Positions 51,259 through 61,391 of a stretch of DNA of 64,000 bases are shown here, in pieces; the first letter of the stretch is position 1, and the number at the start of each line of letters is the position of its first letter. Origin of the DNA: an uncultured virus (IMG/VR IMGVR_UViG_3300042566_001492) (taxonomy: Duplodnaviria > Heunggongvirae > Uroviricota > Caudoviricetes); the IMG/VR virus record IMGVR_UViG_3300042566_001492; one strand, given 5' to 3'. Both the position numbers and the translations under genes were made by a program. The notes beneath the pieces are model-generated. The model worked only from the letters and a program-made list of their open reading frames with translations. It searched no databases and was not told where the DNA came from.

Positions 51259-51762
51259 ATGTTAGATTTTAATTTAGATAACAAAACTTTAATGTTATTA
51301 AACTCGAAGAAAGCCTTCGAGAGTTTAGACGCTGATGATTTTATTTCAGAAGATAACTTTATTGTAGAAGATTTAGATGGTGTTTTAATTTATAAACATA
51401 TAGACACTATTGGTGAAAATACTTGGTCACCAAATTATCGTAATTTTTTTGATGAAATTAAAAGCGATAAGTATGATTTAATGATAGAGTGTACTTATGG
51501 AAGATATGACTCACTCGAAAAATTTAAAATAAATCCACGCAAGATTATCTCTCTAAAATTTATGACTTATGAAATTTTAGATGTTTCTATTAAGAATGAA
51601 TTTGATAATAATAGTTTGATAAAAAAAGTAACAAAAACTTCTACAATAAAAGTTAAATCAAAATACGTCATGGAAAAAGACATCGAAGGTAGTGTCAATG
51701 GATTAGAAATGTTCATTAAAGAATTTCAGAGAGACAATAAACTAAATAATTTAGGAATCTAA
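51259..51762 (+). CDS. Hypothetical protein with C-terminal QRDNKLNNLGI motif
   Basis: ORF; C-terminal motif. Confidence 0.65.
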   Translation: MLDFNLDNKTLMLLNSKKAFESLDADDFISEDNFIVEDLDGVLIYKHIDTIGENTWSPNYRNFFDEIKSDKYDLMIECTYGRYDSLEKFKINPRKIISLKFMTYEILDVSIKNEFDNNSLIKKVTKTSTIKVKSKYVMEKDIEGSVNGLEMFIKEFQRDNKLNNLGI

Positions 51763-51788
51763 TTATGTTTTTCCTATATTTGTGAATT

Positions 51789-52394
51789 ATGTTACCAACT
51801 GCACAAGATATAATACTCAATTCAGGACTTCACTCAAAACGAGTCCATAACATATATGTCTTTGGAAGTCGTGTTTATAAAACGAATTCAGATAATTCTG
51901 ATTGGGATATCATAATGGTTGCAAACAATTCAGTAGAAGCAATTGAGTTGAAATTAGAAAAATATAACATTCATATTTATACACCAGATAAGTTTAAGGA
52001 AGATTTAGAGTGGCATCGTATAAACAACTTAGAATGTATTTATGCTCCAACTTGGGCTAAAATTCAAGAAAATATAAAATACAATTTAGATATAGACCTT
52101 CCTAAACTAAGACATGCGACTTCTCATATAAGTTCCAATAGTTGGGTAAAGTGTAAAAAGAAATTGGAAATTGGAGAGTATCAAACTGGAATAAAATCTA
52201 TTTTTCATTCACTTAGAATTCCAATGTTTGCAACTCAAGTTGCAACTAAAGGAACTATTTATGACTTCGGGGTGGCTAATCCGATTTGGAAAGAGTTAAT
52301 GAGTAAAGAATGGACTTGGAAAGAATTGGATAATGAGTTTAGAGAAATGAGAAATGGTGTCTTAACTGAATTTAGAAAAGTGTGTGAGAAATGA
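51789..52394 (+). CDS. Pol-beta superfamily nucleotidyltransferase
   Basis: YVFGSRVY...SDWDII; TATATTTG 6 nt upstream. Confidence 0.8.
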   Translation: MLPTAQDIILNSGLHSKRVHNIYVFGSRVYKTNSDNSDWDIIMVANNSVEAIELKLEKYNIHIYTPDKFKEDLEWHRINNLECIYAPTWAKIQENIKYNLDIDLPKLRHATSHISSNSWVKCKKKLEIGEYQTGIKSIFHSLRIPMFATQVATKGTIYDFGVANPIWKELMSKEWTWKELDNEFREMRNGVLTEFRKVCEK

Positions 52395-52525
52395 ATGAAC
52401 GAGAAATAGAAAAGGCTGTTGAGAAGATGTATGAAGCTTTCAATCCAAAGAATGGAATTACTGCTAGATACTTTAGAAATTATATAAGAAAAAGAAAGAT
52501 TAAAAATATTTTCAATGAAAAATAA
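52391..52525 (+). CDS. 44-aa protein ending IRKRKIKNIFNEK
   Basis: Read by hand; ATGA overlap with the NTase gene; terminator follows. Confidence 0.55.
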   Translation: MNEREIEKAVEKMYEAFNPKNGITARYFRNYIRKRKIKNIFNEK

Positions 52526-52529
52526 GATT

Positions 52530-52556
52530 AAATCCGAGATTTCTCTCGGATTTTTT
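52530..52556 (+). terminator. Rho-independent terminator
   Basis: aaatccgaga...tctcggattt followed by a T run. Confidence 0.8.
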
Positions 52557-52613
52557 GTTTTTAACAAGTTAAAAAAGTATATAAAAAAATTAATATATAC
52601 AAAAAAGTAATAA

Positions 52614-53147
52614 ATGAAAATGAGATATCTAAAAACATTTGAAAACTTTGGCGAAGGTGTAGGATCCACTAACGCGGAAGAAGTAGTTAACTCTCCTGAA
52701 ATGCAAGCAGCTTTGGATAAAATTGCTAAAGAAGAAGGAATTGATCCAGAACAAGTAAAAGTAGAAGCAGAAGAAATTGCTGCTGAAGAAGCACCTAAGG
52801 GAGTTTTTGATTTAGATATGGAAAATGCTTACAATGAAGAAGAAGAGCCTATCACACTTGGTTTAATCTTAGGAGTTGCTGCTGGTTTAGTGGCACTTTG
52901 GGGTGGATCTATGGGCATTGTTAAATTAGGCCAAAACAGAGAAGTTAAATATCTTATTCATAAAAAAGCTGTACAAAAAGTTCAAGATTTAATTAAAAAA
53001 GATCCTTCTATTATCACTAAAGGATATGAGAACTTAGTTAAGACAGCATTTACTGAAATGATGGCTGATAAAGAACTTGTAGAAAAAACTCACAAAATAG
53101 TTAATCCACAAGGTAACTTCAGAGTTGGTGGTGGGGCTCCACTATAA
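52614..53147 (+). CDS. Leader-tagged protein with one TM helix
   Basis: MRYLKTFENF; TAATATATA at 52591. Confidence 0.7.
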   Translation: MKMRYLKTFENFGEGVGSTNAEEVVNSPEMQAALDKIAKEEGIDPEQVKVEAEEIAAEEAPKGVFDLDMENAYNEEEEPITLGLILGVAAGLVALWGGSMGIVKLGQNREVKYLIHKKAVQKVQDLIKKDPSIITKGYENLVKTAFTEMMADKELVEKTHKIVNPQGNFRVGGGAPL

Positions 53148-53167
53148 TAAAAAATAGTATAAGTAAA

Positions 53168-53842
53168 ATGAGATATATTAAAACTTACGAATCATTTAAT
53201 GTTAATGAAACTATGGATATGATGTTTATGCCGGTTGATCCAATTGCTGGCGCTGCTGATGTTTATAAAGAAATAGGAAACTATATTAAAACTAAAATGA
53301 CTGACTTGGTTAAATTTTTAGGAGATAAGGTTGATTTATTCATTGAAAAATTAACTTCACTTGCTGATTCAATCGTTGGTGCAATAGGAGATGGTGCTGA
53401 GAAAGTCTTAGAAAATATTGAAAAAATGTTTGGACCAGTTGGATCACTTTCTTACGAAGATGTTAGAAAAATTATTGAATTGAAATTCAAAGGACAAATT
53501 GAAACTGCAGTGAAATCAAATGAGGGTTACTATTGGGAACCTTCACCAGAGGCTAAAAAGAATATTCATAGAGAACAAGAATCTGGTCAAGGAAATGCAA
53601 CAACATCCCTTCCAAAAGATTCGGGACCGGTTCAAGCTGTATTAGCTATTTTACAAAATATTTTTGGACTTAATCTTTATGCATGTGGTCTTCCTATAGG
53701 ATATGTTTTATATTTAATATTCGGAAATGTAGCAATGGGAGCATTTGTTTTTGCAATAGGTTCTTTTGTAGTTACAGCAATCGCACTTGCGGTGATAATC
53801 ACAGCAAGAAAATTAGTTTACAATTTAGAACACGGTAAATAA
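53168..53842 (+). CDS. Leader-tagged protein with a C-terminal hydrophobic hairpin
   Basis: MRYIKTYESF; about 55-aa hydrophobic C-terminus. Confidence 0.7.
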   Translation: MRYIKTYESFNVNETMDMMFMPVDPIAGAADVYKEIGNYIKTKMTDLVKFLGDKVDLFIEKLTSLADSIVGAIGDGAEKVLENIEKMFGPVGSLSYEDVRKIIELKFKGQIETAVKSNEGYYWEPSPEAKKNIHREQESGQGNATTSLPKDSGPVQAVLAILQNIFGLNLYACGLPIGYVLYLIFGNVAMGAFVFAIGSFVVTAIALAVIITARKLVYNLEHGK

Positions 53843-53863
53843 TAAATGAAATTATTAATAATC

Positions 53864-53891
53864 AAAAACCCACCAATTCGGTGGGTTTTTT
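53864..53891. terminator. Bidirectional terminator
   Basis: aaaaacccacc-aattc-ggtgggttttt between convergent genes. Confidence 0.85.
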
Positions 53892-53893
53892 AT

Positions 53894-54214
53894 TTATAAC
53901 ATAGTAGTTAATTTGTCAATAACGAACTTAAATTTATTTGACTGATGTGTGTTCTTCAATAAGAAAAACAACATAACTACATTGATAGAACCGAAGTAGA
54001 TACCAGAGTATAATCCAGGTGAAGACATAAATCCAACTACAGAAACCACCATTACAAATGCCATCACTTTCTTATAAGATGAAAGACGAACATCAATAGA
54101 TGATTTAACATCAGACAACTCATTTAATAATTGACGTTTGTCAAAGATGTTAAGAGTGTTGAAGTATTCAACAAGTGTCATTCCTTCTGGTTGGTTTAAT
54201 AATACTGATTCCAT
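53894..54214 (-). CDS. Two-TM hypothetical protein
   Basis: Probable start MESVLL at 54214. Confidence 0.55.
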   Translation of the reverse strand: MESVLLNQPEGMTLVEYFNTLNIFDKRQLLNELSDVKSSIDVRLSSYKKVMAFVMVVSVVGFMSSPGLYSGIYFGSINVVMLFFLLKNTHQSNKFKFVIDKLTTML

Positions 54215-54283
54215 TTTTGTAGTGATTTTTGTGTTATTATTTAATAGTATAAAGATAATATCAAAATACTTAAAAACCAAATT

Positions 54284-54871
54284 TTATTTAATCTTTTTTA
54301 CCGGAGTACCAACATAAACTCCAGATTCTACAATATCACTAACAACACCGGAGTTTAGACCAATAATCACGTCATCACAAATAGATATTTTTTCACGAAT
54401 AGATGAATTTGTGCCTACATAAACATTATCAGATATATTACAATCACCAGATACAATCGCACCAGGCATTAATGTTAAGTAGTCTCCAATTTGACAATCA
54501 TGACCTATGTGATTCGATCTATTTAGTAAACTATGTTTACCAACTTTAATATTAGTCGTGAGTACCGAATAAGCACCGATAAATGTTCCATCACCTATCT
54601 GAATCGAATCATCTAAAATCAAAACAGTATTATGAATAAATGAAAAATATTTGGTTTCTTTCGGTAATTTTTTTGATATGTTTAACCTATCATCACTACT
54701 ACCAACCGCAATCATAACTTCATAAATTTCTGGATCAAAATCAGATAAAGGAAGTAACTTATCATCACCTTCAATCCAATATTTATCATCAACGAATCTA
54801 ATTAATCTTTGATTCATCTGTGCCATTACTTCTCTTGCATGGCCACCATTTCCAATTAGTGCTTTAATCAT
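54284..54871 (-). CDS. Sugar N/O-acetyltransferase, NeuD/PglD family
   Basis: IGNGGHAREV, hexapeptide repeats, IGHDC, YVGTPVK. Confidence 0.9.
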   Translation of the reverse strand: MIKALIGNGGHAREVMAQMNQRLIRFVDDKYWIEGDDKLLPLSDFDPEIYEVMIAVGSSDDRLNISKKLPKETKYFSFIHNTVLILDDSIQIGDGTFIGAYSVLTTNIKVGKHSLLNRSNHIGHDCQIGDYLTLMPGAIVSGDCNISDNVYVGTNSSIREKISICDDVIIGLNSGVVSDIVESGVYVGTPVKKIK

Positions 54872-56568
54872 TTTTGTAAAAAAACAGTTTGATTAATTAT
54901 GTTAGTATCTTGTTGTAGATTTGTTTTAATTATCTCTTTACCATTACAAACTATTAAAAAATCACCAGGATTAGTTCCTATTGTATTTAGATTCCAGTTG
55001 TGAGGTGGTAATGATATTGTATTACTATACCCATCGATTCCTATTTCTATAGATATAGAATCATCACTGATATTATGTAGAAAGAGGTCTACATTATTAC
55101 CATTCCTGAAAACAGACCAGTTCAACTTTCTATTATTAAAGTTCTGAGAATATCTTCCCCAAAGTTCTCTTTTAGATTCATCTAAAAAGTGAGTTACCTT
55201 TTTACCATCAATTAACATTTCACTTATTAATCTTTCAGCCAAATAAGAATTTTTAGACAATTCTTTCAATATATCACTATCAGTAAGTTTTATAAAATTA
55301 GAATTAACTTTTTTATTTAAGAAAGAAAATCTAGATCCTATGCCATAAAATATAAAGTCATTGTGTTGTAATTCGTAATTTGCATTTGAGTTCATTTCTA
55401 AGTCTGGTATTGAATCATACTCTATCCAATGAACGATCTCATAGTCTGTCGACTGAATATACTTAATACCATTAATAAGTAATCTAATGACACCTACGTG
55501 ATAGTAATCTTCTGATCCATAACCAATGTGTGGGGAATCTATAGTAAAATTATTAGAATCAAACCTAAACTTTGGAAAATTCAGAAGATTCCATGTTTTG
55601 TATTTAGGATTAACAGAATCGTAAATAAAACCTACACTTTTCATTAGAATGTCTTCTGGTATAGAAGTATGACTACTAATAATAAACGATTTATCATTAC
55701 TTTCTAAAAAATCTACTAATTCATATAATAAATCTTTTTGAGTTTGATTTTCAATATGACAACCTATAAGATAAACCTCTTTTCTACTTTCTTTTAAAAT
55801 AGTGTTTTTAATGTTATCAATTGCAACTTTATATTGAATATATGGTCTAGCACAATGACAATCTATGAAGGTGTCTAAATTAATTTCTTTTTCTAAATCA
55901 ATTGAAAAAATATTAGAATTGTAAAAATTATGTTTCTCAATTCTGTTTGGACAAAAGAAATTAGAACTATAACCTCGTGAAATTTTATGAACTTTAACTT
56001 GACTCTGTGAATTAACACAACGACCAAAATACATTTCATCAGTGTCCCAATTTAAGTTTAGTTGTAATAATCTATTACAATATTCATCAAAATTTATATC
56101 ATTATTAATTATTTGATTAAATGTTGAACCTTTTCCAATAACATAACAAATGGGATATCTATCCGGTCCAGAATGTATTCCAACACATTCAGGTCTTTGT
56201 GGATCATATGCGTCACTATTAAGAATAACTAAGTCATTATCTGGAATTGAATCGATATGTTTAGTTAAATATTCTTTACTAAAAAGTAACATATCAATAT
56301 CACTAGTCATCACTGTCTCATCGATAAAATACTTAGTACCGTACATTCTATAAATCTGAGCTTGGAATCCAGTTTTTACACCCTCAATTGCCTTTACTTT
56401 TTTTACGATTCCAAATTTATCTTCATAAAAATCAGACTCTGTATTTCCTATCTTGAATAATACTGGTGTTACTCCAAGCTTTTTTTTACAAATCTCAGAA
56501 TTAATTTCCCAGAATCCAGAATATTCTGGATTATCATCGATAGCAAATATTATTTTATCTAATTTCAT
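54868..56568 (-). CDS. Two-domain putative glycosyltransferase
   Basis: N-domain AQIYR...TSDIDM...WDTDE...DCH; C-domain similar to the C-terminus of 30548..33376. Confidence 0.55.
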   Translation of the reverse strand: MKLDKIIFAIDDNPEYSGFWEINSEICKKKLGVTPVLFKIGNTESDFYEDKFGIVKKVKAIEGVKTGFQAQIYRMYGTKYFIDETVMTSDIDMLLFSKEYLTKHIDSIPDNDLVILNSDAYDPQRPECVGIHSGPDRYPICYVIGKGSTFNQIINNDINFDEYCNRLLQLNLNWDTDEMYFGRCVNSQSQVKVHKISRGYSSNFFCPNRIEKHNFYNSNIFSIDLEKEINLDTFIDCHCARPYIQYKVAIDNIKNTILKESRKEVYLIGCHIENQTQKDLLYELVDFLESNDKSFIISSHTSIPEDILMKSVGFIYDSVNPKYKTWNLLNFPKFRFDSNNFTIDSPHIGYGSEDYYHVGVIRLLINGIKYIQSTDYEIVHWIEYDSIPDLEMNSNANYELQHNDFIFYGIGSRFSFLNKKVNSNFIKLTDSDILKELSKNSYLAERLISEMLIDGKKVTHFLDESKRELWGRYSQNFNNRKLNWSVFRNGNNVDLFLHNISDDSISIEIGIDGYSNTISLPPHNWNLNTIGTNPGDFLIVCNGKEIIKTNLQQDTNIINQTVFLQK

Positions 56569-57148
56569 ACTTTTCTACAATAATCTCATGTTTTGTCTTT
56601 AGAACTATGGTATATCCTGATTCGATTAGTCTTTTTAATGTTCTTTTTACAATTTCAGAGTCTGTTAAAATATTAGCCTCAAAGTGTATTTTATTTGGTA
56701 ATGCACTACCAGTATTTAATATTGAATTTATTATTTCACAGTCGTGTCCTTCTGTATCTATTTTTAATAAATTGACCGACTCTATGTTATATCTATTAAC
56801 TAAAGTTTTCCAACTCAAACATTCACATTTATGAATTTGTATAAGATTTTCTAAACCTCTATTACTTAATTCGTTGAGTGATGTGGGGTGTGGTTTGTTA
56901 ATAGAGTTACAACCTCTAAGCCAATTTGGCAATTGATGATTCTCAATATCTAAAGGATTTATGTAATAGATATCAATATAACCATCATAATCAGTAATAG
57001 CACAATTTACTTTTATAACCGTAGGACTATTTGGTAAATTATTTAAGTAAAAAGGTAATGGTTCGATAGTGAGACCGATTTTACCTGAACTATCTTCTAT
57101 TAGAGTGTCAAAGTCTGATGTACCTATCTCAATAAAATCATAAATCAC
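56555..57148 (-). CDS. FkbM-family methyltransferase
   Basis: FIEIG, IEP, VNCAI, LKIDTEGHD, IHFE. Confidence 0.85.
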   Translation of the reverse strand: MIYDFIEIGTSDFDTLIEDSSGKIGLTIEPLPFYLNNLPNSPTVIKVNCAITDYDGYIDIYYINPLDIENHQLPNWLRGCNSINKPHPTSLNELSNRGLENLIQIHKCECLSWKTLVNRYNIESVNLLKIDTEGHDCEIINSILNTGSALPNKIHFEANILTDSEIVKRTLKRLIESGYTIVLKTKHEIIVEKYEIR

Positions 57149-57774
57149 TGTTTGTAAATATCAAATTTTGATAAATCTGGATAAGGCAATTCTAAATCCT
57201 CATTATTCTTTTTTGTACCATCAGTATTGTAAAACTGATTAATAAGTAATAAACCTCTGGCTGCTAATTCCGGCATCATATAAAAGTTCCAACCTAACAT
57301 ATCAAAGTGATCATCGTGATAAGAACACTCACGTCTACCTGAGTAACGAGCTCTCTTAAACCAAAGATAAGCCTCATAGTTATCTGTTAAGATAGCACCA
57401 CCCTTAGATAACTTAAAGTGTTTATAAGGTCCAGTAAATGAAATACACATATGAGTTCCTGGTTTATACATATCGGCAGTAAAAGATAAGGCAGAATCCC
57501 AAACATTTGTTGGTGCTAATTGATAGGAACCTTTAATAGTCTTTCCCTCAACTGGTGTGAATTTTACCTTAGCCCCAGCGTGTATTATCTCACAAGGAAC
57601 TGATGGATAAGTTCTAGCCGGAATAGTGATTTCTTTACCCTTAACATCTTCATACATTAGCGCTAAGAAAAGTGCGTTTGATTGATTATCTACCGTTACT
57701 ACATAAGGTGCTCCGGTGTAATCTCCGAGTGCTTTCTCGAAGTCTTCTGTTACTTTATAAATACCATTTGCCAT
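57145..57774 (-). CDS. Short DegT/DnrJ-type PLP-dependent sugar aminotransferase
   Basis: FEKAL..Y.GAPY, ALFLAL, PARTY.SVP, WDSA, SF...KH...GGAILTD, GWNFYM. Confidence 0.82.
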   Translation of the reverse strand: MANGIYKVTEDFEKALGDYTGAPYVVTVDNQSNALFLALMYEDVKGKEITIPARTYPSVPCEIIHAGAKVKFTPVEGKTIKGSYQLAPTNVWDSALSFTADMYKPGTHMCISFTGPYKHFKLSKGGAILTDNYEAYLWFKRARYSGRRECSYHDDHFDMLGWNFYMMPELAARGLLLINQFYNTDGTKKNNEDLELPYPDLSKFDIYKQ

Positions 57775-57992
57775 AGTGATTGTATAATCACCTATTAAAA
57801 AAGTTTTATTACTACTTATAGAATAATAATTGAAAATGGTGTTTTGCTCATTTTACTTGATAATTAGTAATACATTGATATTTAGAACAATATATACATT
57901 ATGGAAAAAGAAGATAAAGTAGCAATCTTAGTATTAATTACTTGGGTAGTTGTAATAAGCTTGATTGCAATTTTAGTTACTTAAATATATTC

Positions 57993-58190
57993 TTAGATAA
58001 CTAATACAAATCCACCGGCTTCCACAAAAGACTGCCATCCACCTATCCACTCAACTGTTTCGTTATTGTCGATCCAAAGAATTTGAGTAAATTCATCATC
58101 TAATAAACATCCATATCTGTTATTTAGACCAACACTATCACCTTTAGTTGGTTTGTAATTTATATCATTTATTTGTCTTAGATTTTCCAT
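57993..58190 (-). CDS. Hypothetical protein
   Basis: 65-aa ORF. Confidence 0.5.
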   Translation of the reverse strand: MENLRQINDINYKPTKGDSVGLNNRYGCLLDDEFTQILWIDNNETVEWIGGWQSFVEAGGFVLVI

Positions 58191-58198
58191 AATTAATT

Positions 58199-59287
58199 TT
58201 ATTTAATATAAACAGCATATGTTTTAATATCTGACCTAAGTGAAGTAGTGGTAGCGGCAACATCTGCCATACCATAAATATTATTATTTAAAATATTTGT
58301 CCATGAACCTGATCCTTGAGCATTACCACTACGACCATCTATGGACAACTGAGTAGATGGACCACAAACTGTCCACCAACTATTAACAGAATAAATCCAA
58401 TCACCTGGTGCATTTACAGCTAAGCTAGTATTCATTAAAGTGTGACCTTTAATACCTGACCAAGTTCCTGTCATAGGTGTGTTATTATTTAGTGTGGTAG
58501 AGAAGGTAGCACTTAATTTTAAGTTATTTGGATTACTATAAACAACTTTATTAGCAATCTGAACATTAGATACCAAAGGAACTAATGAAGCAGTTGTTGA
58601 TGCCATCTTCATTACTTGAGTACATTGAGCCAATCCGTTATTATACCACAAATCTCTAACATCAACACAGAATTTATTAGAGAATGAACCACCAACACCA
58701 GATGTCCAAGTATTAGGATAAGCGTTACCAACAGTCAATGTATTAGTTGGGTTATAACTTATTAACATCCAACCACCACCTTGATCGGTCATATTACAAT
58801 AAACATTTCTAGCAGATGCCATAGTCGATGTTTTAATCCAATACCACCCGGAAGTAGTTTGACCTGAATCATAAATAGCTTGAGCACTAACTGCTGGATT
58901 TCCTAAAGATCCTAAATCTGAAATGCTTGTATATGATGTCCAATATCCATTTGATTGTAACCAAGCAGACGCAACAGAAGCTGTTAAAAAACTTTGACCA
59001 GTTAGAACATTTGATAGTGAGACAAAAGCTGGATCTGTTTTAGATGGTGTTCTCATAAAACCAACTGCCGTTCCGGTAATAACAATCGAACCACTACCCG
59101 CGGTTCTTGGTGGACTTGCTGGGTATCCTATCACATAACCAGGATCCTCATCAGGTCCATTGTACCAATTTAATCCTCCGGAACTCGAAGTCCATCCAGT
59201 TCCTTGGACAGATAAGTTACCAAACTGAGAGGCTCCAGTTGGTGGATTTTCTGATGGGTTGTAAGCAAATGCTCTTGATGTTGGCAT
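58199..59287 (-). CDS. Ser/Thr/Gly-rich protein with fibrinogen-like motif, probably virion surface or fibre
   Basis: SGWYWIK...VYCNMTDQGGGWMLI; GAATATATA upstream. Confidence 0.7.
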   Translation of the reverse strand: MPTSRAFAYNPSENPPTGASQFGNLSVQGTGWTSSSGGLNWYNGPDEDPGYVIGYPASPPRTAGSGSIVITGTAVGFMRTPSKTDPAFVSLSNVLTGQSFLTASVASAWLQSNGYWTSYTSISDLGSLGNPAVSAQAIYDSGQTTSGWYWIKTSTMASARNVYCNMTDQGGGWMLISYNPTNTLTVGNAYPNTWTSGVGGSFSNKFCVDVRDLWYNNGLAQCTQVMKMASTTASLVPLVSNVQIANKVVYSNPNNLKLSATFSTTLNNNTPMTGTWSGIKGHTLMNTSLAVNAPGDWIYSVNSWWTVCGPSTQLSIDGRSGNAQGSGSWTNILNNNIYGMADVAATTTSLRSDIKTYAVYIK

Positions 59288-59329
59288 AATCTATATATTC
59301 GTAATTGAGTTAGTAAAATATATAATCTT

Positions 59330-59566
59330 ATGATCAATAAAGTAGTTTGTATTAATAATGTTGAGTTGATAAAAGACTTTAAGAAGAAAAGTTCATATAA
59401 AAAACTACCTCTAACTATTGGTAAAACTTATACCGAAGATTTAGAAAACAAAATTAATATGGTAAAAATTATAGAAGATGATAACGGTGAAACTAAACTT
59501 TATAATTATCATCACTTTGTAACTTTAAGTGTTTGGAGAGAAATGCAACTAAACAAAGTAATTTAA
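59330..59566 (+). CDS. Hypothetical protein (VVCINN...LTIGKTY) ending WREMQLNKVI
   Basis: ORF; C-terminal motif variant. Confidence 0.6.
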   Translation: MINKVVCINNVELIKDFKKKSSYKKLPLTIGKTYTEDLENKINMVKIIEDDNGETKLYNYHHFVTLSVWREMQLNKVI

Positions 59567-59604
59567 TTTTTTTTTATTCATTTAATTTTACTATATTTGT
59601 GGTT

Positions 59605-59922
59605 ATGAATGTAAGATCTGAAATAAGAACACAAATAGTAAATCATCTCAATCGGTACGATATAGTTAGTAATCATGTTGGTGATGATATTATTGACTCA
59701 GTATTAGCAGGTAATAGTGCATTTCAGATAATACACGATGATTTTTCAATTACAAGTTGGACAATTTTAGATAGATCATTAATTAAGTCAATGCCTGGAA
59801 TCGATGGTGGTACTATCTATTCATATGACGGAGGAAAACGGTATCAATGGTTTGAGAGCGAAACTTTACTAATTGATTTGAAACTACTAAGAGAATACAA
59901 ATTGAATGAAATTTTAAGATGA
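59605..59922 (+). CDS. Hypothetical protein ending LREYKLNEILR
   Basis: Start moved to the ATG at 59605, 5 nt after TATATTTG (59592-59599). Confidence 0.65.
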   Translation: MNVRSEIRTQIVNHLNRYDIVSNHVGDDIIDSVLAGNSAFQIIHDDFSITSWTILDRSLIKSMPGIDGGTIYSYDGGKRYQWFESETLLIDLKLLREYKLNEILR

Positions 59923-60437
59923 AAGAGTTTATAAGTTATTTTAATTCACCATTTAAGAGGCCTAAGTTAAAGCTATACTTTGGTAAAGTTGCTATTGGCA
60001 CACCATATTTCTATCCAAGAAGGTTAGTAAAGGACCCAGATAAACCAGATCGACTCAAGTATATCAATAAGAAAGTAGGATATGATTTTGTTAGATTAGG
60101 TTGGAAAACTAAATGGAGTGATACCGATTACCGGTACGAATGGTCACCTATCTTTTCATTTGTGTGCATTGGTTTACAATTTGCTATTACTATTTCAGTT
60201 GATAATCCAGATCATTACTGGAGCTCTTGGCTTTACTATACAAATGATACAGATAAGACTAAATCAACTAAAGAAAGAGTTAAACAGTGTGTCAAAGACT
60301 ATCCACAAATTTGGAAAGTTAGTTCAAGAGGTACTGAAAAAACTGTAAATTATTACGATGTAATTCTTAAAAAGAAATGGAGAGTACTTACCACCGAAGA
60401 AGAAAGAGATAATAAATTAAAAAAGTTAGGAGTATAA
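59919..60437 (+). CDS. Hypothetical protein ending ERDNKLKKLGV
   Basis: ATGA-coupled ORF. Confidence 0.7.
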   Translation: MKEFISYFNSPFKRPKLKLYFGKVAIGTPYFYPRRLVKDPDKPDRLKYINKKVGYDFVRLGWKTKWSDTDYRYEWSPIFSFVCIGLQFAITISVDNPDHYWSSWLYYTNDTDKTKSTKERVKQCVKDYPQIWKVSSRGTEKTVNYYDVILKKKWRVLTTEEERDNKLKKLGV

Positions 60438-60440
60438 TTT

Positions 60441-60737
60441 ATGACAAAGTACTATTTACAAGTTCTAAAAGACAATGTAAGTATCTGTTTAGATTCGGAT
60501 GTGAGTTATCACCATGAATATGTAGTAGGAGATATTATTACTATTCATATGTACTCTGATAAAGGCCCAAAGGTTGTATTTGGTGGTTATGCTGAGTATG
60601 ATGCTGAATTTACTTTAGATTGGAATAAGACTTGTAGTTTTAGATTATCGGTGGTTAGTTGTATTAATAAAGGATATCTGGTTGATATTACAAAAAATAT
60701 AGAACGACAAAATAAGTTAAAATTAATTGGTATATGA
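60441..60737 (+). CDS. Hypothetical protein ending ERQNKLKLIGI
   Basis: Operonic ORF. Confidence 0.65.
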   Translation: MTKYYLQVLKDNVSICLDSDVSYHHEYVVGDIITIHMYSDKGPKVVFGGYAEYDAEFTLDWNKTCSFRLSVVSCINKGYLVDITKNIERQNKLKLIGI

Positions 60738-61021
60738 CATTAGATGAATTAAAGTCTCTCAGAGTTGGTGAGGTGGTTGTTTTTACTAAAGCAGATGAAA
60801 AGATACGTGAATATCACAATCATCAGGTTGGTGATTTTATGGTTTTTTTAGGAATTGAAGATGCTAATAAGATTGGAGCAATTGGTGATGTTGTTAATTT
60901 TGGTAGAAATGGTAGCGATAATATACCTATTATTTCACACTTTTCTTATGAGATTTGCCACTACATTGAAAGAAAAGTCCAATTAGAAAGAAATAATAAA
61001 TTAAACGAATTAGGAGTATGA
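60734..61021 (+). CDS. Hypothetical protein ending ERNNKLNELGV
   Basis: ATGA-coupled ORF. Confidence 0.65.
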   Translation: MTLDELKSLRVGEVVVFTKADEKIREYHNHQVGDFMVFLGIEDANKIGAIGDVVNFGRNGSDNIPIISHFSYEICHYIERKVQLERNNKLNELGV

Positions 61022-61371
61022 TTGAACTAGAACGAGATATTAAATTAGATATAATTTCTGGTAAGTATAAATGTATATCTGCTTATAAAATACCTAAAGA
61101 CATCAGTGAGTGGTTAGATTGCCCTAAATGCGGTCTTAAACCACTAACCTGGGAATTCAACAATGGTCGTTCAACCGGATGCGGTTGTGGCGAAAATGAA
61201 TATAATCACTTTTCAATTTGGGCAGAATCAATTATGTCACACGTAACAAGAAACGATGGATCTGCTTTAGAATATGATTCACATGAGTTAAAAAAGAATT
61301 GGAATTACTGGGTAGAAACCGGTGAAGAATTAGTTACAAGAGAACAATTATTAAAAGAAAAAAAATGGTAA
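61018..61371 (+). CDS. Zinc-binding hypothetical protein with the motif at its N-terminus (ERDIKLDIIS)
   Basis: CPKCG...CGC. Confidence 0.65.
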   Translation: MIELERDIKLDIISGKYKCISAYKIPKDISEWLDCPKCGLKPLTWEFNNGRSTGCGCGENEYNHFSIWAESIMSHVTRNDGSALEYDSHELKKNWNYWVETGEELVTREQLLKEKKW

Positions 61372-61391
61372 AATTAATAAAATAATATAAT

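Noticed and set aside
60402..61021. C-terminal tag explained as a Shine-Dalgarno signal (ttAGGAGt) for the next gene
   Set aside because: Only the LGV copies contain AGGAG, spacing to the next ATG varies from 1 to 8 nt, most copies lack it, and the motif also occurs internally.
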